The position numbers and the translations under genes are program-made. From a virus, in the IMG/VR virus record IMGVR_UViG_3300042471_000228, positions 28,522-92,521 of that record: 64,000 bases of DNA. One strand, 5' to 3'. The notes under the pieces were generated by a model, which saw only the letters and a program-made list of their open reading frames with translations, had not been told where the DNA came from and made no database searches. Positions 37,971 to 49,045 of the stretch are shown piece by piece. Position 1 is the stretch's first letter, and each line of letters begins with the position of its first letter.

Positions 37971-39593
37971 TTAGAATGAACCTCCGGTGATCGGGTTACG
38001 CATAACAATCTTCAACACCTTGGTTGGGTCTTTAACCCAGATAGCAGGCATCATTTGAGTCATGAATACGCGATATCCATTGAATTGACCAGAAGACTGG
38101 AATCCTTGAGTACGTCCCATGTAATCCATGGTTCCGTTTTGGTACCACCACTTCAATTGATTATCCCAACCCAACTTCAACATATAGATGTTATCGTTAG
38201 TATTGTCAGTGATATCAAAGATAATGAAGTTATAAGAAGACAATGGGAAACCATCGATGATTGGGTTTTCAATGTCGTTAGTATGCAAGTTGTCGAACGC
38301 TGGGTTCAATACAAACTTAACGTTTGCCAAGAATGGGATAACGTAAGAAGTGTAAGCAAAACCGAAGTTCAAATCCATACCTTTACCAGTGATTGCACCG
38401 ATATCAGCAGCTTGGATCAACAAACCAGAATTGATTGCTTCTTTCTTAATAGCTTCGTTAACCATGCGCATACCACCCATACCAGTTTGTACGATCAATT
38501 GACGCTTAGGATCTGGTCCTTGGAAGTCAACTTTACCAGCATAGAAGTTATAGATTTCAGAACGGAACAAGTCCAAAGTGAAACCAGATTTGTTGTATAC
38601 ACGCTTGAAAGAGTTATCCAACTGTCTCCACAAACCGACAGACAAACGCAAATCGTCTGGACCATCTTGACGAACACGACCACCTTGTCCCCACATCAAG
38701 TAAGTCTCGATGTCAGATGCAACTTTGGTCAAGTGAGCTGCTTCCATAGCAGTCAAGAAAGTACGAGACAATGAACCGTTACCCATTGCACGCTTAACAT
38801 AATCCTTACCCATCTTAGATACCATAGTATCCATAGAAGTAATAGAAGGATCAGTAGTTTTATCAAAGTTTCTCCAGATCTCTACAACAGGAACAGTACC
38901 ATCAGCGTTCATACCACCTTTGATCATCAAGTCAGCACGAGATGAAACAGAATAGTGAACGTGAGCTTCAGCACCACCTACGAAGTTGTAGTATTCACGG
39001 AAACCAGATTGGATTTGAATGTCAGAGAAACGCTCTCCGTACTCACCACGTGCAGAACCTTTACGGAACAATTTGTCACCAGGTTGCAAATACAAAGTGG
39101 TGTCAATACCTGCTGTGTTGTCATTATTAACCAACTGAACAGTGTAGATAAATCCATCACCTGTTGGGATGATATCATCTACAGTGATGTACATTTCCAT
39201 TCCGTTGTACTTATCATAAGTGATAATATCACCATGACCGAACTCACGACGTGAGATCTTAACTTGGAATGTTGTACCATCAGTACCTACGTTAGTACCT
39301 TGAGTGGTTTCAACGGTGTCAATAACGTAAGGAAGATCTTGTACAACTGGTGTTTGCCACTTGTACTCTCCACGAGCGTTATCGACTGTGATTACGTTCT
39401 TTCCACCGAAGCTAGACATTTGATACAAAGGCATTTCTACTTTCTGAACCATTGCCCACAAGTCAACTGGTCCTAGATCCATAGGTTCTGCATTTCTCAA
39501 CATGTTAACCAAGTGGTAAGAATCTACGTGTGAACTAGCTGCGTAGTTGGTATCTCGTAGAAATATACCATTGTTTAAAACTGGAGTTGCCAT
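37971..39593 (-). CDS. Major capsid protein
   Basis: 540 aa, two genes after the portal; strong codon bias; GEYGERFS...; own terminator. Confidence 0.9.
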   Translation of the reverse strand: MATPVLNNGIFLRDTNYAASSHVDSYHLVNMLRNAEPMDLGPVDLWAMVQKVEMPLYQMSSFGGKNVITVDNARGEYKWQTPVVQDLPYVIDTVETTQGTNVGTDGTTFQVKISRREFGHGDIITYDKYNGMEMYITVDDIIPTGDGFIYTVQLVNNDNTAGIDTTLYLQPGDKLFRKGSARGEYGERFSDIQIQSGFREYYNFVGGAEAHVHYSVSSRADLMIKGGMNADGTVPVVEIWRNFDKTTDPSITSMDTMVSKMGKDYVKRAMGNGSLSRTFLTAMEAAHLTKVASDIETYLMWGQGGRVRQDGPDDLRLSVGLWRQLDNSFKRVYNKSGFTLDLFRSEIYNFYAGKVDFQGPDPKRQLIVQTGMGGMRMVNEAIKKEAINSGLLIQAADIGAITGKGMDLNFGFAYTSYVIPFLANVKFVLNPAFDNLHTNDIENPIIDGFPLSSYNFIIFDITDNTNDNIYMLKLGWDNQLKWWYQNGTMDYMGRTQGFQSSGQFNGYRVFMTQMMPAIWVKDPTKVLKIVMRNPITGGSF

Positions 39594-39614
39594 TTTTATT
39601 TATTTATATAAGGG

Positions 39615-40856
39615 TTATCTTTTAAAAAAGTTGTCGTTTCTTGGAATTCTACGTTGACGTGTTTCTTCGCGCTCCACTACAGGAGTACTAGATTGCATCT
39701 TCGCTTGTTCCGTTTTTAATTGTCTCACTGTTTTCTCTACAGTTTGTTGTTGACCTTGGTTTCTAATTTTACCTTTGTAACCATCTGGATCAGCTAACAA
39801 CCATAAAGCTTCAGCAATCAAATCGTGGCGAGGTTCAACATACTGATACTTCTCTAGCAAGTGACCTAACAAATTAGTAGGTCTTCCTGACATAGAGGGG
39901 TACTGAGGTTGAACCAAACCTGAATAAAGCATAGATTGTGTTTTCTTATCTAGCTTTACACCGTTTAACTCACCGGGTTGTAGTGTAGTGTAAACATTCT
40001 GCATATAGTGTTGTGCAGCTGCTTCTTGTTGCTTACGGATTTTCTCCTGTTGTGCAACTTTCTGAGCTACTACTTGCTCCTGCATTTTGTCCAACTTTGG
40101 TTTGAACTTCATAGCTTTCGCTTCAAGTTCACCTCTGTCTTTCCAACCTAAGATCTCTTCATCAATATCATCATCGTTTCCAAAGTTAGTTGCTCTCAAA
40201 TACTCACGTAGAATTACTTCTTGGTCACGCTCGTTTTTAGGATTCAACTCTCTATGTTCTTCAACCTCTGATAAGATCTTAAACAAACCTTTTAGATCCT
40301 GACCTCCATCTGATACATACTTTGCAGCATATAACAGTTCATCAGGAAGAGAGTCATAAAACTCTTGAGGAGTTTCTTGACGAATTCTGTTCTCAACTTC
40401 GTTAAAGTTTGCATCAAGCAACTCTTCAAAGTCTTTTACAGAATACTCTTCTAAAGGTTTGTCATCATCAAATGGTACAATTTTACCAGCTTCGATCATT
40501 TTATTGAAAACTTCTGCAAGTCCACTCTTTTCGATCTTTGGTCTACCTGCTGATTTCTCAACAGGAGCATCGTCTTTAGGACCAGAGAAGTCATCTTCAG
40601 GATCAGCTTCTTTGATGATAGCATCTACATCTACCTTTTTTTTCTTTGACTCATCGTCATCATCGTCTGAGTCGTTGTCAATAAATGATAGATCTGGTGA
40701 AGTTGAACTGAAGATATTTGGTTTAGCTTCAGTCTTCTTACCATCTCCATCAGGAAGCATCACGTTTTCTGCTCCCGGGGTTCCTAGAATTTCATCTAGG
40801 TTGATTTCTACTTCTTCTACAGAGGTAGAATCATTGTTTTGGTCTGTCGTACTCAT
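39615..40856 (-). CDS. Acidic scaffold-like protein
   Basis: 413 aa; very acidic N-terminus then helical; lies between portal and capsid genes. Confidence 0.7.
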   Translation of the reverse strand: MSTTDQNNDSTSVEEVEINLDEILGTPGAENVMLPDGDGKKTEAKPNIFSSTSPDLSFIDNDSDDDDDESKKKKVDVDAIIKEADPEDDFSGPKDDAPVEKSAGRPKIEKSGLAEVFNKMIEAGKIVPFDDDKPLEEYSVKDFEELLDANFNEVENRIRQETPQEFYDSLPDELLYAAKYVSDGGQDLKGLFKILSEVEEHRELNPKNERDQEVILREYLRATNFGNDDDIDEEILGWKDRGELEAKAMKFKPKLDKMQEQVVAQKVAQQEKIRKQQEAAAQHYMQNVYTTLQPGELNGVKLDKKTQSMLYSGLVQPQYPSMSGRPTNLLGHLLEKYQYVEPRHDLIAEALWLLADPDGYKGKIRNQGQQQTVEKTVRQLKTEQAKMQSSTPVVEREETRQRRIPRNDNFFKR

Positions 40857-40958
40857 AAAGTTGGTTTAGCTTTACATTAATAATATACACAAAATTATAA
40901 CTTTAAACTTTATAGATTAACCATATAAAAAAATTAATCTAGATACTATAGCTAAAAG

Positions 40959-43709
40959 TTATTTTTTCTTAGTTTTGTCACTGTCTTTTTTGTCGAATTT
41001 GTTCTTGTTTTCACGTGCAATCTGTAATTGAGTCTGTGCAATTTGCTGTTGAGTTGCTAATTTTTGCTGCTCAATGTTCATCTTATCACGATGTTCAGAT
41101 TGCTTAGTAATTTCTTTTTGTCTTTCAAAATTCATTGTTTGCTGATACTCATCAGAACTTTGAATTTGTTTAAGAGCATCCATATAATCTGACTGTTGAT
41201 TCTGATTCTGATCTTGCATAGCACCGTAACCAGCTGATCTAATCTGTGATTCAAGAATACGAGCTTCTCTATCTTTCTGATTTTCAGATGCTTCAAACTC
41301 CATTTTCTGACGTTGTTCTTCAGCTTTAGCTTGAAGTGCTTGTTCTTGCATTTGTTGTGCTTGTTGCATTTCAGCTTGTTTCTGTTCTTGCATTTTAACC
41401 TCAGCTTTCTTAAGAACATGTGATACTTCAGCAACCGATTCAGATTTAAGAACATTACCTAGATCATATATAGATGCACCAGTAGTGTTATTCTGAATAG
41501 CCATTTGCTTTAACTGTTCTAGGATAGCACGTTGATTTGCTTTAGTAGCTACAAATATATTTAGATCTCTAAGTAGTAGATCTGTTCCGTTAATCTCAAA
41601 GTTAGTACGTTCGTCCTCAGTGATCATATACTGCAAACGACTTGATGGTTTTGTAGAATGATAGAACTGTGCTAGGTCTGTGCGCATCTGATGCACGCGC
41701 GGCATTAAATAATCACAGTGTTGAATGAAGTAAGTCTCAGTTTGTGCATATGATGCATTGATAGACTGTTCTATACCAGTAGCTGTTTGCTGACCAATCT
41801 GTTGACCTAGACGCTGTGGGGTAATACCAATTACTTCAAATGCTTGCATCTTAAAGTAATTAGCTAACTGAATACGTGACATCAAACGATTAGTCTGATC
41901 TAGATCTAGTTTTTGATAGTGTTGAAACGCAAGTGCATTTTCTGTATTAGTAATTGATGTATCTAAAGGTAGCATCTGGAAGTTCTTCATAGCAACATAA
42001 GCTTTCGCTAAGTTGTTCTTACCCCAGTCCTCACCTAGAGAATGTTTCGGTAATGCATTCTGATCAAGCATGATTACAGTACCTAATTCATCTACTAAGA
42101 TATCAGCAATCTGATTATTTACAATGTTGTAACCAATTTGGAAAGGTTTCATCAAGTCTACCAAAGATACAGATCTTGTATTTCTATCTGAGAATACAGA
42201 ACCTTCTACAGGTAGTTTACATCCATATAGAGATGACTCTCCTTTAAATTGGAATTTAAGAGGTTTGATATTATTCTGATTAACACCTAAGTAGATAGGA
42301 TTAATACCACCTGGATTATTACTACCCCAGAATGTAGGTCTGTTTGGTCCGATCTTTACACCACCCCACACTTCATTAATCCAGATCCAGTCAATGTGCT
42401 CACCGAAGATCAAGTTATCCTTAGTCTTATTTTTAATAAGTGCTGTATCATACTGAGGTTTATCAGTTACCTTATATGACTCATCTACAATGTCTTGCAT
42501 TACATCACCATTATCATTGATCTTGGTAAGATGTCCTACTTTACGTTGTGACTTCCAATATGCTGTGGTAACACGAAGCATATTAGACATACCCATATCA
42601 AAGTAGTCTTCATCTTGTGTCATAATCCAGTTTACAATATCACCACCATATGCAGTGTTGTCCCACATAGATGTGAACTGACGATACCCTAATGATGGTA
42701 AGTTAGTATTCCATTCATAGGATTTAGTAGCATCATAGTAGCTACCATCGTTTTGGTAACCTTGAATAGGATAACCAGCAGATCTAACTGGATAAATAAG
42801 TTCTAATGATTCTAACTGATCTTCAGTCATTAACCATCCGTATTTATCAATGACGTCTGCAACAGTCATCATATCAAATTTACCAACCCATTGACCTTGA
42901 GATATATAGCGATTGTCTGGTGACTTCTGATAGAATGTAAGAACAGGATTCCATAATTCTACATCATAGTCATCTTCCATCATCTTGAAGTGCCAGAACT
43001 CACGGTCTGTAATCAACATATCACGGAATGCACGCTCCTCTAACTCATCTATTTTAAAGCGATCAACATCAACTTTATGCTGATGTTCTGCCCATTGCTC
43101 AACCATACTCTTGTAACTCTTTGAGAAAAAGTCTTGAATTTCTGGTAAAGTCTTTAATTTCTCTGGTGCCATTGCTTGTTGAAATTCCTCAGAATCTTGA
43201 GGATATCCCATTTCAGCAAGCTTCATCATCATCTCTTGCTGTGCATTAAATAGAAGAACTTCTTCTACCTGAGCACGTTTTTGTTCCATCATCTCGTTAT
43301 AAGAGATGTCATCTACACCCGAGTAACTAACTCGAGTATTACGTTTAGCAAACTCAGAAACTAATGTATTTATTACATTAGGAATAATAGGATAGAATTT
43401 TAATTCTAGTGCTGATACGTCGTCTTGTGTAAGAGTTTCAATGAGATCTGCATACTCATTATCTTGTTCGACAATGTAGTCACCACGATCTATGATACCT
43501 TTTGCCAGTTTGTAGTTCTTCATCAAACGACGCGCGTTGCGACGAATTTGTTTCAAACCTTCCCATTCTAACCAGTCTAGATTCCACGCTGTCCAGTCAT
43601 TATCTTTCTTCGCTCTTGGAATAAACTGAATAGGTTGATTAAGGGTACCCATTCGGTTAGTTTCCGCTTTCGCACCGTTTTTTAATTGTATTGCGTTATA
43701 GACTTGCAT
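40959..43709 (-). CDS. Portal protein
   Basis: 916 aa after TerL; NYKLAKG, FYPIIPNVINTLVSE, SLVDLMKPFQ, GITPQRLG; Q-rich C-terminal barrel. Confidence 0.92.
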   Translation of the reverse strand: MQVYNAIQLKNGAKAETNRMGTLNQPIQFIPRAKKDNDWTAWNLDWLEWEGLKQIRRNARRLMKNYKLAKGIIDRGDYIVEQDNEYADLIETLTQDDVSALELKFYPIIPNVINTLVSEFAKRNTRVSYSGVDDISYNEMMEQKRAQVEEVLLFNAQQEMMMKLAEMGYPQDSEEFQQAMAPEKLKTLPEIQDFFSKSYKSMVEQWAEHQHKVDVDRFKIDELEERAFRDMLITDREFWHFKMMEDDYDVELWNPVLTFYQKSPDNRYISQGQWVGKFDMMTVADVIDKYGWLMTEDQLESLELIYPVRSAGYPIQGYQNDGSYYDATKSYEWNTNLPSLGYRQFTSMWDNTAYGGDIVNWIMTQDEDYFDMGMSNMLRVTTAYWKSQRKVGHLTKINDNGDVMQDIVDESYKVTDKPQYDTALIKNKTKDNLIFGEHIDWIWINEVWGGVKIGPNRPTFWGSNNPGGINPIYLGVNQNNIKPLKFQFKGESSLYGCKLPVEGSVFSDRNTRSVSLVDLMKPFQIGYNIVNNQIADILVDELGTVIMLDQNALPKHSLGEDWGKNNLAKAYVAMKNFQMLPLDTSITNTENALAFQHYQKLDLDQTNRLMSRIQLANYFKMQAFEVIGITPQRLGQQIGQQTATGIEQSINASYAQTETYFIQHCDYLMPRVHQMRTDLAQFYHSTKPSSRLQYMITEDERTNFEINGTDLLLRDLNIFVATKANQRAILEQLKQMAIQNNTTGASIYDLGNVLKSESVAEVSHVLKKAEVKMQEQKQAEMQQAQQMQEQALQAKAEEQRQKMEFEASENQKDREARILESQIRSAGYGAMQDQNQNQQSDYMDALKQIQSSDEYQQTMNFERQKEITKQSEHRDKMNIEQQKLATQQQIAQTQLQIARENKNKFDKKDSDKTKKK

Positions 43710-43710
43710 C

Positions 43711-45918
43711 TTATTTTAAATTTCTAAAAGGTTGTTTAGGTATTTTCATACTAAATGCTGAACCATGCGATCCGATGTGACGGAATGGGCTCATATTCAA
43801 TTTACTGAAATTATCTCGCTTATCCAACTTTTTCACCTTATCTGTCTCCTCATAACGCTTTTTATAACCGCGATTTGCTTGTTGAACTTTTGCAAAAGCA
43901 ATAAGTGCTGCAAATGAAACAAGTCTATCGACGTTTAATCCTTCTTGATATGCTGCCATTTCAGTAAGCAACATAGAATCTGGTATACGTTCTACCCCAT
44001 ATATAGTTTTTACAACCTCACCATCTGGTTTAACTTCTTGATCTAATTCTTCTTTTAAGAAGTCAATAGCATAACTTAGCATATGACTCTTAAATAGTGT
44101 ACCTGTGTTTTTCCACCCGTATTCTTGGAATACATTAGCATTAGCACCTAGATCCTTTAAGAATAATATCTGAGATCTTTGAACTAAATACTTTTGTTTC
44201 TTCCTATAGATCATATGATTAATAAATTGGGAGATATTACTCTCCACAATTGTCCAGGCGTTATACCATTCTATAATCATCTCTAGGCGCTCATGTGTCT
44301 TATTGATATCATCAAATCGACCACACCATGCGGCTACAATCTTATCACGCTCTATAAAAGTCTCTACCTTTTCACCATCATTACGGGTTACCTCTACTGC
44401 AGTTTTGTATACATATATAGAACATAGAGATTCTGATGTAGTTGTCTTACCTTCACCTACGGGGTCAATAGATGCATAGTACATCCCAAACTCCGGATTC
44501 TTAACAGGTCTCTCATAGCATACAAACACACCTGTTTTATCTTCCTGCTTCTTATCCACCGGGAATGTCATAATTGGTAGTTTAGATGTAGGTTTAACAT
44601 CCACATCTCCTTTCTCATCTCTGTAGATATCTAGATATTCTGTAGGATATGTCTTATCTTCTATCCTACGCATCTGTGCACCAATTAAATTTAGAGGAAA
44701 GATTGATACCTTTCTATAAGCAAATGCTTCTTCGATATTTCTAGGATGCTGAGAAATACGTAACTGATACTGTTCCGGACTAAGATCTTTCTTCCACTTC
44801 TCAAATTGTTCATCTAACGCTTTAAGAGCTTCTTCTACTAAAGAATTACCAAACTCATCAATGAATGGTGGCATCGACCACTGCTCAGGAATAAATAATC
44901 CTGATTTACCTATAGTACCTTTTGAGTCTATAAGATTTGTTTCTACTGCATATATATCATTTGGTTCTGGTCTAAGTGTCATCTCTTTTAGAGGTTCGCA
45001 CTGATCCAAGTCACCCACAGATCCTGCTGCAATGAACATACCTGTAGTTACAAAACCTGATCGCATCGCAGGACGGATATACTCAAATGTTGTATCCATC
45101 TTAGGAGCAATACCAGCTTCCTCGTGGAAGAAGTACTTACAAGGTCCACCGACTCCATTTGTAGGATCTTTTTCAAATGACATACCTTGTAGTACACCTT
45201 TAAGACCTACTTCTGTTTTACGTTTTTGAGTACCTTGTACAATCTCAATCTTTTGTTGCCATAGTAATACTTTACCAGGATTCATCGGACGATACCATGC
45301 AGTATGTTTATTTAAGAATGCTTCGTACTCATTTAAGAATTTCCAAGAACCTTTATCATTGATGTAGTCTTTAAGACTAGCACCAACCTTTAGAGTGATA
45401 CCTTCTTCAAACCAGATCTGATTAATCATTTTACCCATGTGGTAGTATGATGAAGCTATCTGACGTTTCTTAAGTATAGAACTATGTTTATAGTGTAACT
45501 CTGCTAATAGTTCGTACAGTGCCATATGGTACTGTGCGTCGCGCACGTCCGCGAAACCAAACCTTTGAATCTCTTTATTGAAGATAGGTAAGAAGTTCAA
45601 CCACATATAGTAATCTCTTGGTAGGTACCAAGTATTACCAGCATTTTTATAGATTGTACCATATCGGCACTTATTCTTTTCGTGATCCCAATATATTCTA
45701 TAGTCTTTACTTCCTTGAGGTGATGTGCAGTAAACACCGTTCTTATTAAACAATCTAGCTTGTTCATTAAATAGAAAACTGGTATCATCAAAGTTATACT
45801 GACCTGGTTCCTTAAATATAGATAATACAAAATCAGTATACTCTTCTCTTGTAGTAAAGGATGTTGTAGTCCAGGTACCGTTATCCCAGGTAGGTATGTC
45901 TATAAAACTAGTATTCAT
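43711..45918 (-). CDS. terL: Terminase large subunit
   Basis: LKKRQIASSY (Walker A-like), FFHEEAG (Walker B), YYASIDPV nuclease motif, NVDRLVS. Confidence 0.95.
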   Translation of the reverse strand: MNTSFIDIPTWDNGTWTTTSFTTREEYTDFVLSIFKEPGQYNFDDTSFLFNEQARLFNKNGVYCTSPQGSKDYRIYWDHEKNKCRYGTIYKNAGNTWYLPRDYYMWLNFLPIFNKEIQRFGFADVRDAQYHMALYELLAELHYKHSSILKKRQIASSYYHMGKMINQIWFEEGITLKVGASLKDYINDKGSWKFLNEYEAFLNKHTAWYRPMNPGKVLLWQQKIEIVQGTQKRKTEVGLKGVLQGMSFEKDPTNGVGGPCKYFFHEEAGIAPKMDTTFEYIRPAMRSGFVTTGMFIAAGSVGDLDQCEPLKEMTLRPEPNDIYAVETNLIDSKGTIGKSGLFIPEQWSMPPFIDEFGNSLVEEALKALDEQFEKWKKDLSPEQYQLRISQHPRNIEEAFAYRKVSIFPLNLIGAQMRRIEDKTYPTEYLDIYRDEKGDVDVKPTSKLPIMTFPVDKKQEDKTGVFVCYERPVKNPEFGMYYASIDPVGEGKTTTSESLCSIYVYKTAVEVTRNDGEKVETFIERDKIVAAWCGRFDDINKTHERLEMIIEWYNAWTIVESNISQFINHMIYRKKQKYLVQRSQILFLKDLGANANVFQEYGWKNTGTLFKSHMLSYAIDFLKEELDQEVKPDGEVVKTIYGVERIPDSMLLTEMAAYQEGLNVDRLVSFAALIAFAKVQQANRGYKKRYEETDKVKKLDKRDNFSKLNMSPFRHIGSHGSAFSMKIPKQPFRNLK

Positions 45919-46570
45919 TCAATAATCTTAGGATCTCATTCAATGATTCGTGTCTATGATTATCATGTAGAACAATTTTATTTACCCATTGTGACTTATC
46001 TAACTTTGCTATATCGTGAATAGCTGAATCATTTTTAAACTTTAAATCTATCTGTTGAGAATCACCTGTAAAAATCATAGTAGCATTTTTACCAAGACGA
46101 CCTATACACATTTGCAATTGTGCTTTAGTTAAGTTCTGAAACTCATCTATAATACACACGCAGTCTTCAAAGGTTCTACCTCTAAAGTGTGTAAGTGATA
46201 CCAACTCTAGCGCTTCATTCTCTTCTAACTTAGTAAGAATCTCTGGTTTGTTATAGACCTTACGGATGTTAGACTTAATAGGAACTAACCACGGTTCCAT
46301 TTTTTCTTTCTCAGAACCTGGTAAGAAACCATTATCTTCAGTAGAAACAGTTGGTCTTGTAATAACAATCTTATTAACTTTACGCTTAAACAACATATCT
46401 AATGCTATCTGTACAGCTAAGAGAGTTTTACCAGATCCTGCTTGACCTATTAAAAAGTTAAACGGTCTTTGTAAGATTAACTCTTTAGCACGTTTTTGTT
46501 CTTCAGAAAGAGTCAACGAAAAATTAATTTCTCCTTTTGGTGGAGTCTTCTCAATGTTTTGCTTTGCCAT
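45908..46570 (-). CDS. phoH: PhoH-family ATPase
   Basis: GQAGSGKT, ITRP, GFLPG, RGRTF, IIDEFQN, GDSQQID. Confidence 0.92.
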   Translation of the reverse strand: MAKQNIEKTPPKGEINFSLTLSEEQKRAKELILQRPFNFLIGQAGSGKTLLAVQIALDMLFKRKVNKIVITRPTVSTEDNGFLPGSEKEKMEPWLVPIKSNIRKVYNKPEILTKLEENEALELVSLTHFRGRTFEDCVCIIDEFQNLTKAQLQMCIGRLGKNATMIFTGDSQQIDLKFKNDSAIHDIAKLDKSQWVNKIVLHDNHRHESLNEILRLLNEY

Positions 46571-46727
46571 CTTCTATCCTTTTAATCAAAGATACGACAT
46601 CTTTATGAGAACTCGGCAAAGAAGCATCATTCATAAACTCAGCAACCTTATCTCTTGGTATCGCTAACCACTCTTTTCTGAACTCATTATAGTACAAAAA
46701 GAAATCTGATAAATTACATTTGATCAT
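46551..46727 (-). CDS. Small hypothetical protein (start revised, about 58 aa)
   Basis: The track's longer version overlaps the upstream gene; MIKCNLSDFFLYYNEFRKEWLAIPRD. Confidence 0.45.
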   Translation of the reverse strand: MIKCNLSDFFLYYNEFRKEWLAIPRDKVAEFMNDASLPSSHKDVVSLIKRIEDGKAKH

Positions 46728-47232
46728 ATGCGAGTCCTTGTCCACCTCTAACGTGGCTTGTTTGTTCATCTTGTAAGTCTTTGTATGCTCCTTTATAGCT
46801 CTCTCTAATTTGCTGGAATTTTGAAGCAGCAGAGACCAAAGCGGTAATGTTCCCATCTCGTCCGTGTGTAATTGGTGTTTTATCCATATAGTCAGCAAGT
46901 TTATCTAGCATCTTCTTGATACCATTATAAGCTCGTGACGTAGGTGTTTCATATAACTTTCTACAAAAGTGTAAAGCCGCAGGAATACCATTATCTTCTG
47001 GTGAAAACTCAGCTTGTATTTCTGCTAGTATAATCTCTTCCTTATCTTCTTCCATCATATAAAAAAACGGATTAAGATCGGGATTAGGACATGTCATGTA
47101 GAATAAATACTGGTATACTTTAAGATAGTCTTCTGGATACTTTTCCATTAGATCTTTTAAAGTACTAAGAGTGTAACAGTGTTCTGTTGGAATCACTACA
47201 CCATTTTGTATATCGAATAATTTAATTGTCAT
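46714..47232 (-). CDS. Conserved helical protein upstream of TerL (possible small terminase)
   Basis: 172 aa; position only. Confidence 0.45.
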   Translation of the reverse strand: MTIKLFDIQNGVVIPTEHCYTLSTLKDLMEKYPEDYLKVYQYLFYMTCPNPDLNPFFYMMEEDKEEIILAEIQAEFSPEDNGIPAALHFCRKLYETPTSRAYNGIKKMLDKLADYMDKTPITHGRDGNITALVSAASKFQQIRESYKGAYKDLQDEQTSHVRGGQGLAYDQM

Positions 47233-48037
47233 TTCTTAAGTGATTAATTATACTTATGACTTCAGATTTTAAATAAGGTAGTTCATAAGATACTATATTT
47301 TCTACAATAGGTTCTCCAAACTCATCATAGTAAACAACTCTATTACCATACGCATCTTTACCAGCTTCTTTAAACTGTATATGTTCTATTACAAGTTTTC
47401 CCGGTTTTAATTTAGGATTGTGTTTTAGAATCATATACATATACAAACTCAACTGAATATTGTAGTGATTAAGATTGCAATCATCAAGATGACTGAGAGG
47501 ATCCACCATTTTATCAGAGATACCTTCCCAATTAATATAAGATTCTGTTTTGATCTCTTTGTTAGTTTTATAGTCATAGACATTTACTACACCATTAATT
47601 ACTTCAATGCGGTCAGCCTGACCACATATACCAGCAGACTTAAGATAAACCAAATGCTCAGGATACACACCATTTCCAAGCTTTTGTTCAGGAGCTTTTT
47701 TAAATCCATTTTCTTCTATAGGTTTTATTATGGGAACAATTACATCTTCTCGACTTATAGTTTCACAAGACAATAAATCTTTTTCTCTCTGGTTATGATA
47801 CCATGTACCAAGATTCATTGCTTTCTGTGATTCATTTTTCCAAGCTTCTTTAATATCTTCTGGTGACATACCATACCATTTACCCTTCTTATTCTTAGAA
47901 GATTTAATAGCAATAGTCTCAGCATCAAAAGGTTTCTTAAACTTAGATATAACACTAGTTACACTAGTCCATATGATATTCTCATTAGGATCTATACTTA
48001 CGTAACTATGTGTTTCGGGTTTAAATATCAGTGCCAT
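47222..48037 (-). CDS. PD-(D/E)XK exonuclease
   Basis: SVTSVI, GTWYH, PE...GQAD...DYKT, QLSLY. Confidence 0.85.
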   Translation of the reverse strand: MALIFKPETHSYVSIDPNENIIWTSVTSVISKFKKPFDAETIAIKSSKNKKGKWYGMSPEDIKEAWKNESQKAMNLGTWYHNQREKDLLSCETISREDVIVPIIKPIEENGFKKAPEQKLGNGVYPEHLVYLKSAGICGQADRIEVINGVVNVYDYKTNKEIKTESYINWEGISDKMVDPLSHLDDCNLNHYNIQLSLYMYMILKHNPKLKPGKLVIEHIQFKEAGKDAYGNRVVYYDEFGEPIVENIVSYELPYLKSEVISIINHLRNDN

Positions 48038-48371
48038 CTATATATGCATTTAGTTTATCTTCGTCTTCTTGAGACATTATAGCTTCCCAGTGTTCTTCTG
48101 GACAAGATGATGACATACTATGTATTTTATAATCTAAAGAGCATCCGCAGTTACCACAACAAGGTTGAGTACCTGGTACTAAACACTTGGTTCCTACTAT
48201 ATCATATAGAGGACATCTTTTGCAGATCTTCTTTCTATAGTCTGCAATTTTCTTGTGTTTCTTCTTGGTGAAGTAATAACCTATCACTCCTTCAAGAATT
48301 AACCACTTATTCTTCCAGATTGTTTTGATCTTGTTTATCACTGTGTTTTTGTTTAAATTCTTTTTTTGCAT
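48021..48371 (-). CDS. Small Zn-binding Cys protein
   Basis: CKRC...C...CCGNCGC...CP...W. Confidence 0.65.
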   Translation of the reverse strand: MQKKNLNKNTVINKIKTIWKNKWLILEGVIGYYFTKKKHKKIADYRKKICKRCPLYDIVGTKCLVPGTQPCCGNCGCSLDYKIHSMSSSCPEEHWEAIMSQEDEDKLNAYIDGTDI

Positions 48372-48693
48372 TTACAACATCGTAACTCTTGCTAAGTAAT
48401 TCTTTATAAGTCTTCAATCTAAGTTGAAGATCTGTATACTTAGCAATTCCAGTGTAGTCTTTCTTATCTAATTGATCAATATATGCATAAGTTTGAGCGA
48501 TCTTCTTTGTAAGTTTCTTTCTATTTATTGAGAACTCACCAAGACCAACTAGAAAGATATAAGGATCTTCTTTCTTAACCATCAGTTTTCGAGTATGTGA
48601 CCAGTATAGAGAAAGCATATCTTCTATTTCTTCTCCATACTGTTTTTCTTCACAGTACTCTTTTATTAACTGATTAACTGTTCTCGCTTTCAA
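48307..48693 (-). CDS. HU/IHF-like protein
   Basis: IFLVGLGEFSI motif. Confidence 0.55.
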   Translation of the reverse strand: MKARTVNQLIKEYCEEKQYGEEIEDMLSLYWSHTRKLMVKKEDPYIFLVGLGEFSINRKKLTKKIAQTYAYIDQLDKKDYTGIAKYTDLQLRLKTYKELLSKSYDVVNAKKEFKQKHSDKQDQNNLEE

Positions 48694-49045
48694 CTCTTAC
48701 GAATTTATAGTCCAACAGTATGTTACCAGAAGTCTGAATTCTTAAATCAGGATTCAACTTGATCAGTTTATTATAACCTCCGTTTTTAATAACTAGATCT
48801 TTCTTTTCTGCTTTAGTAATGGCACTTCTAACAGATTGACTGCTACCAAAAATCTTGTTCTTGGTAGCAGCATCACAAAATTCTGTTAGTGGTTGTTCAC
48901 CACCTAAAGCTAAAAAAGTTAAACAGTTCAAGTCTAAATCTGATACGTTCAGCTCTCTTAACGTGCAGTGGGTAGCTATTTGAAAACGAACAATGTTCCA
49001 AAGATCCATCCGCACGGTTTTACGTACCTGATTTACTTTAGCCAT
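48674..49045 (-). CDS. Winged-helix DNA-binding protein
   Basis: SSQSVRSAITKAEKKDLVIK...IKLNP. Confidence 0.6.
   Translation of the reverse strand: MAKVNQVRKTVRMDLWNIVRFQIATHCTLRELNVSDLDLNCLTFLALGGEQPLTEFCDAATKNKIFGSSQSVRSAITKAEKKDLVIKNGGYNKLIKLNPDLRIQTSGNILLDYKFVRVESENS

Noticed and set aside
37971-45918. Introns or inteins in TerL, portal or capsid genes
   Set aside because: The ORFs are continuous and of expected size, with no homing-endonuclease or Hint motifs seen.
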